NCBI GenBank assembly: GCA_002189035.1
Contig: CM007989.1
Coordinates: 682,001-746,000 of the forward strand
DNA: 64,000 bases
Direction of reading: 5' to 3'
DNA from: Utricularia gibba
Taxonomy: Eukaryota > Plantae > Magnoliophyta
The notes beneath the pieces were generated by a model. It did not search any database. It was not told the DNA's origin and saw only the letters and a list, made by a program, of their open reading frames with translations. How positions within the stretch are numbered: the stretch's first letter is position 1; every line of letters begins with the position of its first letter. Below, in pieces: positions 27,801 to 38,505 of this stretch. The position numbers and the translations under genes are program-made.

Positions 27801-29252
27801 GAAAATCATACATGGTTCGGGTATACAAACACCAGGCTAAACTTTCTATTACAAAAGCATTATTCCACAGTGTCAAGAGCTGCACACCTACGCGAGTTAC
27901 AAACTAAAAAGTGCAGCAGCTATTCACTCTTAAGTTGCAATAGCCACATACACAACAGTTTTTCCATTCTTCAGAATGCAGAATAAATATTTTTGGCACT
28001 AGCTGAGGTATCTACTTCATGTTAGATCTTACAAACGCAACAACCCAATGCCCACATGGTGTATCTGCTTCACTTTGAAGTCGTCAATCCCATACTCTAC
28101 AATAAGGCTTTTCTCTTTTATGTTCTAGTAAAGAAAAGGAAATAAAATACAGGATAATGGTGCAAACCTGAGAGGAAATGCACCATTTTCCATTTGTCCA
28201 CTCCATATGAGGTCTTAATTCTGAATCATGGAATCCATCCTTCATTTTTCCTTGTTTAAGCGTCACACCAACTTTACCATCTTCCATGAATAACGTAACA
28301 ATCCCATTCCACCAACCAGAGTCAAAGTATGCATCGACTTGTTCCGATAAATTATAACTTTTGCACTTCAGACGAGGTGGAGGAGGTCTCAAAAATCTAG
28401 AATCGACAATAGTTTTATGAATCCCAGCATTTGCATCACCATATTGAACAGAAAACTTCCCATTTGCTTCGACTCTGAGGATCCGACCAGGGAACCAAAC
28501 ATCCCAATTGTCTACTCCATCAGGCGACACTTCTACTGCGCTGTCCACCCTGAAAATTGATCCCGCTTTTCTCTTACAACATGAAAAAGAAACAACACAT
28601 TAGAAGGCGTAAAGGTCATATTAAAAGCAAAGAAGTCAAAAACCACCCTCATCAAACTTTGCAAAAGACGCCACAAGGGCGGGCAACAGCAAAATGAAAC
28701 ACTGCAAAAACTCCCATTTTGATAAAAAGGCAAACGGGTTTCGAGACTATTTCTCACTTGGTTCACACACCGCGACCAAACTCCATCAGCCCAATCCCAG
28801 TGAACCCTTAGATCAGCTCGCCCAAATACATTCTCGTCCGGCGGATCCCTAAACGTCACAATACATCGCTCATCTTCCAAAACACTCTTCACCGTACCCA
28901 TCCACCACCCATCATTGTAAAAAGCATCGACCGTATCGCCGGGTTCCAGACGGTCCCAAAACTCCTGAAATGGCGGCACAGGCCTCACGCACGCGACGTC
29001 GATATACTCTTTCAGCTTCTCGGTGCCACCTTCATGAGCTAACAAATCGTCGTACTGGACGCACACCTGCTTCAAGCCTTTTCTAGGGCCGCTTTTCGGA
29101 GTAGTAAGTGAATAAACAACTCCGGTGAAGAATACACCTTTCCAACCTTCCTCGTTGACGCAAACCTCAACCGGAGAACCCACGCGGAAGTATACGTTTG
29201 GGCTTCGAGTTGCTGTAGAAGAGTAATACTGCGTCGCCGCCGTACCGCCCAT
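24883..29252 (-). CDS. Agenet/Tudor-domain and DUF724 domain protein
   Basis: Tandem Agenet domains (GSPVEVC..EEGWKG..; PGDTVDAFYNDGWWMG; VEVS..WFPGRIL; QVDAYFDSGWWNG) and C-terminal DUF724 (LPFVKTSSLWSTFELMEAFQVMPQRPHFKPL..REGLAIGFMVTF). Confidence 0.9.
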
Positions 29253-29837
29253 CGTCTCCCGCCAGCCACCGCACCCAGAAGAATTGCGAAGGCAAACCCC
29301 AATTCACATGAATCTGAAAGTTGCGTACCAGCCTTTTGCTTTATTGTCATTCTGAGGGTGTTCCAGTTTTGGAAAACGTGAAACTTATTTGGAGGTTCAT
29401 AATTCGTAAAATTGGAGGAAAAAAGTTGCATCATGTGCAGGGCTTGCTGACACTGTTCTGGGGTCTCTTGCCCCTTCAATTTGGCACCCGCTGAAGGAAA
29501 GTTACCAGTTTTGCACCAGTACCCACATCCTCGTTTCTTGATTTCTTGCCGCTCATCAAACTCAGCAGGCCTCCTGATGGCTTACTAATTACAAGGTACT
29601 GTGAATCATGGTACTCGTTGGAGGAGCTGTGCAAAACTAGAAGATGAAATTCCTACCCAGACGGGAAAGTTTCATACCAAATCCTTCGTGAGGATGTGCT
29701 TCTATGGCTTTATCGGAATCAAGCTGAATCCGTAAACGAAAATCCGAAGGAAGATGCATAGAGGTCATAGAAGAATCAAGATCCCAGAATTGTAAACTAG
29801 AAGTTCTGAGAAAAAGGAAATCAGCTACAGACCCTCC

Positions 29838-30362
<525 letters not shown>

Positions 30363-30425
30363 TTATCGGAACAGACGCTGTTGTCGAGAGCCGTATTGAA
30401 TATAATTAGGGTTCACAAAGAATAA

Positions 30426-30523
30426 TGGGCCCAATTCAAAGGCCCATTATCTTTATCCAATGCTCGGCCCATATTTGCGTCTACAAAACGACGCTGCCCC
30501 TTCGTACGCTTCCCAAACCCTAA
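30426..30523. promoter_or_regulatory. Bidirectional promoter (three site II motifs plus telo-box) between RPS27A and the snoRNA cluster
   Basis: TGGGCCCA 30426-30433, GGCCCA 30441-30446 and 30466-30471, AAACCCTAA 30515-30523. Confidence 0.7.
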
Positions 30524-30635
30524 GACAAAAGTTCCCAACCTCGATCGCATTCTCAGTTGTACTCTCATCGTCATCTCCGCGATTAGGTTCAATTTCTCAA
30601 AACATCTTCTTTTGCTGATTCTGCAAGATCTCTTT

Positions 30636-30712
30636 GCCGATGATGAAATCTGTATAAATCATACCATCTTTCGGGACTGATTCCGGTGATGATAATTCTG
30701 CAATTCTGAGGC
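30636..30712 (+). ncRNA. snoR39BY: Box C/D snoRNA, snoR39BY/SNORD2-like dual guide
   Basis: GCC/GGC terminal stem, C box ATGATGA 30640-30646, D' CTGA 30677-30680, C' GTGATGA 30686-30692 and D CTGA 30706-30709. The guide ACCATCTTTCGGG is antisense to 25S CCCGAAAGAUGGU and ATTCTGCAATT is antisense to 5.8S AAUUGCAGAAU. Both place a G at the +5 position. Confidence 0.88.
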
Positions 30713-30735
30713 TTTGTTGTTTGCTTCGTTTTTGT

Positions 30736-30878
30736 GCTTGTGGACGGTCCAGTGCTGTTGCTTGCGATGAACAGCGCTTAACTAAATTCATAAGCTACAG
30801 AAATCTAGCCGCTTCGTCTTTCAAGTCTTTTCTCTCTTGATCTGAAGAGGAATGGCTATCCTCATGTGGCTCACATCT
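30736..30878 (+). ncRNA. Box H/ACA snoRNA candidate
   Basis: Hairpin 1 has lower stem GCTTGTGGA/TTCATAAGC and upper stem AGTGCTGTT/AACAGCGCT with an internal pocket. H box ACAGAA at 30797-30802. Hairpin 2 is closed by AGCCGC/GTGGCT, and ACA at 30873-30875 lies three nt from the end. Length 143 nt. Confidence 0.7.
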
Positions 30879-31129
30879 CGTTCATTGTCCCCTGAGTAAA
30901 AACCACTCCTGATCGGGTATCTCGACTAGAAAATTAGATGCTTACCGTGCAAACACTCGCAGAAATCCATGCCTTTGGAGGACTACGTGGGAAATATGTC
31001 AGTTTTAGGGGGTCTGAAATGTATTAAATATTGTAATTTTTTTAGTTCAATTTTGCTATAAAAAATTAAAATTTTTAAGCGTAAATAATTATTTTTTATT
31101 TTTATGTTAAATATTAATAATAATTTAAA

Positions 31130-31134
<5 letters not shown>

Positions 31135-31158
<24 letters not shown>
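31135..31158. repeat. (TA)n microsatellite in an AT-rich spacer
   Basis: Uninterrupted TA run. Confidence 0.85.
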
Positions 31159-31167
<9 letters not shown>

Positions 31168-31683
31168 GCATCATAATAAATAAATTACAAAATTTAAATC
31201 AGGAATCCAGTATTCTTGAGAAAATAAAAATACTAATAATATCAATATTAATCTTGAATATTTGGAGGTCTCACCCAATTTATTCATAATTTTAATTACA
31301 AAATTATATATTAAATATTTGATAAATAATATGTTTTTCTTAATATATCAATCTGTATTATTTATATAAATTATTTTCGTTTACATTTAATTAATTGTGA
31401 TTAACAAATATTTATTTAAAAATTTCGAAAATGTAATCTGCTAAAAATTGTTAACTTAATAAATATTGTAATTGTGATTAGGGCAAATTTCTACGTTTGT
31501 TAGCGTCAAAACGCAACCGGTCTACAACACCAAAAGCAAGCAACGGCGTGCGACTTCTCGTTTCCCGTTTATAGCAAAATCGGGGTAGTGGTGTGTAAAA
31601 TCCCTAACTTTCGTCCCTGCTGACCTATCATCACCTCGGCGGCTCAATCGGCGATCAGATCAGTAGTCGGGGAATCCAAGATC

Positions 31684-34600
31684 ATGGACGATACCTGCGC
31701 GGTTTGTGCCGACACGTTGGAGTGGTCGGCCTACGGAGCCTGCGGCCACAAGGATGTTTGTTCTACGTGTGTTGCGCGTCTTCGATTTATTTGTGATGAT
31801 CGCCGATGTTGTATTTGTAAGACGGAATCACACGTCGTTTTCGTCACGAAGGTGCCTGATCGTTTGCAGATTTCTCTGAAATTTTTGATTTAAATAGAAC
31901 CTTTACTCTGTTGTACTACTGTTCTGGGTCTAGCCCTGCTTAGTTTTCCTCTGTAGGGGGACTTTCTGAATTGAACAAGTTCCATGTTTCTGTGATACTA
32001 CTGTCGCCTCATTTTCTGATATAGCATTATCGCATATCAATGGGTTTTCTGGGTTTGGACTACAGATGGACATACCTATGTATGTTCATGCCTGAAGCTG
32101 CTTTGATGGATGATATAATGGTCTTTGTGATGAACTGTCAGATGGTTTTATTGACTGAATGCTTTTTTGATATTCCTGTGGTAATAGGCGTTAGGTGATT
32201 ACACCAAAACCATCAGTGACTTTTCTCTGTTACCATCGGAGCCTAAAGAGGGAAGAGTGGGGAGCTACTGGTACCATGAAGATACCCAGGCCTTGTTTGA
32301 TGACTTGGAGCATTATAAAATGATAAAGGCTATGTGCAAGCTGTCGTGCAGCGTGTGTGATAAAATGGAGGATCAGCCGGGTGACACATCTAAAAGGATT
32401 AGGTTCAGGAGCATAGATCAGCTAAAGGGTCACCTATTCCACAAACACAAGTTGTTTATGTGCAACTTGTGCTTGGAAGGCAGGAAGGTGAATGCAATTC
32501 TTTTTTTTTTAAATCATGCCCACGTTTTTTTTTATTTTCTACTGTTATGATGGTAACATGCTAACATGTTCATTCGGCATTGTTTGATTAATCTGAAGGA
32601 TACAATTTTTTTAAACCCTGTGTCCTATTTTCAATATCATTCCTGAAACAGTTTTCTAGTATGCATTAATACAATGTATTCCTTGAAATTCAGGTTTTCA
32701 TATGTGAACAAAAGTTGTTTACCAGACCCCAGCTAACTCGGCATATGAATACTGGGGACTCTGAAGCGGATGGACCAGAAAGTGAGAGAGATGGTTTTAC
32801 TGGACATCCCATGTGTGAATTTTGCCGAAATCCATTTTATGGTGATAATGAGCTCTACTTGCACATGTCAACAGAACATTATACCTGCCATATATGTCAA
32901 AGGTAGGCTTTGAGGTTTTTATCCGGGAATCCATGTAAGTGGTGGTTTATGAGCCTGTTGCAACCCTTATATGCAGGCGGCATCCTGGTCAATATGAGTA
33001 CTACAAAAACTACGATGAATTGGAGGTACAGTACTTTTCTGGTGGTTTGAGATTTATTTCTTGTGGTATTACTGAATGCTGTTAACCATTAGATGCACTT
33101 TCGTCATGATCATTTCCTGTGTGAAGATGAGGGTTGTCTCGGAAAGAAGTTTATAGTCTTTCCATCCGAAGCTGAGTTGAAGGTGAAGCTTCCACGCTGA
33201 ATTACGAGTGATTTGTTTTTTTTTTTTTTTTTCTGTAGCATACTGCCCCACAACTTTATTTTTAAATATCATGCATTTTATCAGAGGCATAACACACTGG
33301 AGCATGGAGGGCGTATGTCTCGCTCACAGCGTAGTGCTGCACTTCAGGCATGTTTCTCTAAATCAAATAATTGTGACTCCTTTTCAGCTCATTTTAATAT
33401 TAAGTAATTTTTCATTTTTCCTAATGGAATGTCAGATACTTACTCTTCTGCCAACTTTTTGTAGTTACCAACCAGTTTTCGATATAGACGAAGCAACGAA
33501 CATCAAAATCGCCGTGAAAGAGGCCGTGTATTTGAACGAGATCCTTCAGACAGTGAACTGGCTTTAGCTATCCAAGCAAGTTTGCACACAGATAGCCCCG
33601 CACCTTCTAATAGTCAGAGTAATAATGACCATGTCGAAACTGCTGATGTGGAGGCTAATTTTCCACCTCTTGAATCCTCAGCTGCATCAGTTCCAGCGAA
33701 GCCATTTCGATATCTGCAAGCAGCCTCTCATGGTTCAATAAATGGCGGGTTTGGAGAATCCTCTTTCCCCCCACTTTCAGTTGCATCAGGAAGCAATAGA
33801 CCCAATTCTCTGCAAGCAGGATCTCATGGTTCATTGAATGGAGGGTTGGGAGAATCCTCTTTCCCTACTCTTGGTGCAGCATCTGGAAGCAATAGACCTG
33901 ATTCCAAAGCTATTCTACTTTCCAAGAAAAATATGGCAGATCATCTCCGCAGCAAGAACAATGGGAAGCCAAAAGTCTTGGTTTCTTCTAATCGGCCCAT
34001 GCTTAGTCATGCACTGCAAGAAGTGCCCGCTGGTCGTGAAGCATGGCCTTCTATAAATGCTGTTTCTGGGCAAAGCACAGGAGTTGAAGTTAGGCCTGCC
34101 TTGGAAGGTCTTTCTTCACAGAGCCGACTTCCTTACTCATCCGTATCTACTGCTTCAAGTTCATCAAGGAATTCTGGCGTTACAAAAGGAATCGTTCATT
34201 CTTCATCAGCTCCTAATCTTTCTGGACCAGAATTTACTGAATCAATGAGTACTGATTTTCCTCCTGTTTCTTCAGCACGTGATCGAAAGGCATCAGTAAT
34301 CCATCCAACTTTGGCTAGGGTGGAAGATGTGCATTCAGCCAACAAATCTCTGGTGGAAAAAATGCGTGCTTCTCTTGGGCATGATGATGAGAAATTCACT
34401 ATGTTCAGGGACATCTCTGGTGATTACCGCCAAGGGCTAATGGATGCCAAGACATATGTAGCATATGTTGATCAGTTTGGTTTGTCACATCTTGTTCATG
34501 AGTTAGCTAGATTACTACCTGACGTTGAGAAGCAGAAGGAGCTGGTCGAAGCCTATGATTCTAGCCTGAGGAGCAATGAACCAAGAGAGAATCTAGTGGA

Positions 34601-35111
34601 GAGTAGCTTTAAGGACTCCAGAGTTTCGAAAAAAGGCAAAGGCAAGGCTGTTGACTCCAGCAGCAGCACCACCAATATTATGAGCATTGTAAGTGAGCTG
34701 CACTCAAGGTACTTGGACCCAGAAGAAGAGGTAGAAGTGTTGTCAAGGGACGGATATCGTCCTGCAAATGAGAAATCAAAGATTGCTGCTGGTAATCTAC
34801 AAATAGGCCTCAATCCATCATCTACATCCACAAATCCAAAGGAGCATAGTCAGGCTCTCTCCCTTAACAGTGGAGCTAGCCATACCCCAAGTAATGGGGA
34901 AGTGAAAGGCAAGCAGAAGAAAAAAGGTTCAAAATTCCTAAGAGCCCGCCTTGGTGATGGCGCTGTTGAACAAGTATTGGATCTTACAAAAACTGACCTC
35001 GATGATGGAGGCCCCAAGGAAGCTTCTGTTGAAGGTTCCAGCACGCGTGGTGTGTGGAAAAACGGTGGAGGCCAGAAGCTTGTAGCTGCTGTCACAAAGC
35101 CGCGTCACTGA
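31684..35111 (+). CDS. ZNF598: RING / C2H2 zinc-finger E3 ubiquitin ligase, ZNF598/Hel2 family
   Basis: MDDTCAVCADTLEWSAYGACGHKDVCSTCVARLRFICDDRRCCICK RING, KAMCKLSCSVCD, GHPMCEFC..FYGDNELYLHMSTEHYTCHICQR, and a long low-complexity C-terminal exon with FPPL motifs. Confidence 0.92.
33714..33905 (+). repeat. 96-nt (32-aa) tandem duplication inside the ZNF598 coding exon
   Basis: LQAASHGSINGGFGESSFPPLSVASGSNRPNS followed directly by LQAGSHGSLNGGLGESSFPTLGAASGSNRPDS. Confidence 0.9.
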
Positions 35112-37161
35112 GAACTGGTGGGTGGCTCCCAATTTTACATACTCTGTACAGACGAAAGACCAAGTTTTGTGATCAGCTCGGGCGACTCCTTTTTGTGGGC
35201 TAACCTCTAGAGGCATGGTCCATTCTGTTGCCTCTAGAACATATGTGTAATGCTACCAAAGTTGCCTTTCTTGCCCTGAAGGAACCCAAGACTCGGACCA
35301 TCGGTTTCTTATTACCAGACTGTGTTGCTTCACTGTTTTTACCTGGAATTTGGGTTATCCAGTTTGGCGTACACTTTCTTGAAGCAGGGTTTTCTCTTGA
35401 TCCTTCAAAGTCCGTCCGCAGTTCCAAGCGTATACGGAAATACCGAAACCAGGCGCCGCCTCCGCAGTCTCCACTCAGGTGACCGGTGGCGGCGCTCCGG
35501 CAACCCCAAGGTGCAGTGTCATCACTGCCTTTAATTTCACATTGCATGAGATGTTATAGGAAGTGCTTGTTTGCAATAGAAAATAATAGGATGTTTATGT
35601 TAAAAATGGTACAATTAATTTTTATTATTTAACGATACGAATAAGCTTAGTCTTTATTGAAATAATTAATTTTTTATTTTTTTTCGTATTCTCAATATTT
35701 AATATTTTTTATTTCACACATATATATATATATATAGTTGTTCGATTTTAAAATACTTGAAAATCAATTATATATGATTTTAAGATATTAAAATAAAAAC
35801 ACTGTTCATAAGAATCAATTATGTCATTTAGATTAATATTGTAGAATTTTGACCTAATTTTTATAATAATAATAATAATAATTAAATAAATAAATATTAA
35901 TAAAAGAAAGGTAGAGAAAAAAAGCGAATAATGAATGCTGTATCTACTACCATCTTATCATGTCAAGGCGTAAAAGGCGGGACGAGTGGGGGGGATGTTT
36001 TGTTTTTGGTTAGAATAAGCATCAGCCAATGCGTAAATCACACGGCAACACGGCCACGTGGCCATTAATTATGCATGTCATTACATTAATTAATAATAAT
36101 TATTATTTTATTAAAATGTAATTAAAAATTATTAACTTCGATTTCATGTATTATAAAAAAAAAGCCAATCCGTTTGACCCGAGTCCACCATTTCAATTTA
36201 TTCAAATTAATTTGCGCATCATGGGACAATCAAAACTGCCCTAGACGAGAGTCAATTCTCCCAATTCAATTCGTTGACCAGAGGAATTCTGCTTCCTCTG
36301 CTCTGCATGAAGGATCCCAAGTGGGACCCATATAATCCCTTTACAAAAATAAAATAAAATTACAAAATTCATTTTGTCATTAAATTTTATTTTTATTAAA
36401 TTACAAAGGAAACGTCAGCATCGATATTTTCTGCTTGTTATGATGCCTGTCGTCATCCAAAGTATGATCAAGTGGAAAATAAAATAAGAAAAAGTGAATA
36501 CATATTAAGGCTGTATGATGCACGATTTATTTTTTTAATTGTGATTTAAATTAAAAATTAAAAAAAAAACTGTTTTAGACTATTTCAACTACTGCTTTTA
36601 ATTATCAACTATTTACTATATTTTATACTACAATCAACTTATTAATTTATTTCATAAGTTACTAAAATGCTATTTGTTTTTATAAACAGTCATTTATTGA
36701 GAAAATTTCCAAACTTTATCCTCTCTATAGAATAATGCCACTCAATTTGCTCCAGTTATGAATGATGCCATTTTCTTTGATTTTCATCCTACTTTTTAGA
36801 TTGTTGGGCATCCTCTTTCTTGTTCTTTATACTCAATATGTTCTAGAATTTTTTTCATGAAATCTGAATCCAATCTGAACTCATCTTATAAAAAAGTTGT
36901 TTCCCCCTATTTTTTTTCTTTATGTTGTTTCTCGTTCTTTAAATTAAAAAACGTATAGTATTTGATATGTAACATAAGTATATAAACGTAATTTGTAATC
37001 CATTTATACTTATATATAGTCTAACTCTAACTATTTAAAATAACTTATTTTTAATATATATTGCAAACCAATATTATTATTTATCATCTAATTATCTAAT
37101 AACTTTTAATTACAGCTTAAATAGAATTTACGAAAAAAGTCATATAGACTATACACACAGA

Positions 37162-37212
37162 GGTTTAGGGTTTAGGGTTTAGGGTTTTAATATTTGGGGT
37201 TTAGGGTTTAAG
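37162..37212 (+). repeat. Interstitial Arabidopsis-type telomere repeat tract
   Basis: (TTTAGGG)3 at 37164-37184, then a degenerate TTTGGGG and TTTAGGG at 37200-37206. Confidence 0.85.
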
Positions 37213-38505
37213 TTCAATTGGGGTAATGTGAATTTTATAAAGGAAAATTAAAAGCATAAAGCATTTTTAAATTTCACCTATTGTGTTGGGGGGCGCCTCC
37301 GCGACATTAATGGCGAGAACTTGGGCTGTCGACTCCTTGCTCACCAGCTTATCTCCCTGGGGGTTGATAGTAACGCCTGACCTGTAAAATAAAAATAAAA
37401 TAATAAAAAATAAATACTTTTTATTTATTAGTAATTAAATGTGTTGTCATTCAATGCGCGACTCCTCCTCCTCCCCCCCTTCTGTTACCGGGAATCTGGT
37501 GAAATAAAATGATTTTGTTATTGTTTTTTTTTATTATTTCTCTGATCACATGCCACGTGGAGTTCCCGTATTGATTTATTAATGTAAATTAGAAGATTTG
37601 ATGTTCAATTATTGAAGAGTATCACCGCCCTCAATTATGCAGTCCCTCCCCATGCTATAATATAATTTTCGAGGGAGTATTAGAAGATACATTATTTTAA
37701 ATGATTCGTTATATGAGCAGCTTAAATGTAGTTTAGATCATTAAAGATATCTCATACAATATAATATCAAATGTTATGATACACGTTTTTTTAATATAAT
37801 ATTATTCATTTTAAATATCTAATATTTACCATTTTACATTCTTTACTTTTGAATAAAATGTTTTATAAAAGATTAAGAGTGTCCTTTTTATTTATATACA
37901 TCTCATATTTCGTTCATAATTAATGTGAGATATTATATTAAGATTATGATCTTATATGTCTAATTTTGGTGAAATAATATTTGATATTTCATGTATAGAA
38001 ATGTGTTAAATTTGCATGCACATTTGGTACAAGAAGGTCGGGGAGGGTTGGCATGCACATTGGACACGGGAAGTGCTTGAAATGGCGTTTTCTAGATGGG
38101 TGGTTAAGGACATATGTGTCCACTTCAGCATCAGTTTCTTGGTGAAGAAATGGCGGACGCCAAAAGTTTCGTGGCTTTTCTTTTTCTTGCCCCATGGCGC
38201 AATCACCAATTAATTCTCTGCAGTTGGGGAAATGGAGGCTGCGCGTTGGCCGATTCTCCTGTGTGGGTGCCCGTAGGACGAGTGTTTTCTGGAGGGGCGT
38301 CGCCCTGAAATCTAAGCGAATCAATTACACCATTAGTTCCATGAGTGCTACATCGAACCATTTCTTGGACTTGGACCCCCCAGTTGCAGTCATTTAATTC
38401 CTCCCCCTCCTCTTTATTCCCCTGAAACCTCCCTTCTTCTCTTCTCTTCTCCTCTCTTCTCTTCTCTTCTTTCGCCCCCCACCTTCCTCCACTCGGTTTG
38501 ATTCA

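Noticed and set aside
29300-29620. Open frame upstream of the DUF724 gene (..RRPAEFDERQEIKKRGCGYWCK..)
   Set aside because: Out of frame with DUF724 and no recognised domain; probably UTR or promoter sequence.
30880-31000. Possible third snoRNA (GGGTATCT/AGATGCTT hairpin)
   Set aside because: No canonical H box or C/D pair was found and the second hairpin is too short. It is still worth including in an Rfam scan.
36690-37280. Possible MULE-like MITE enclosing the telomere tract
   Set aside because: The terminal similarity is too weak to call TIRs and no target-site duplication was identified.
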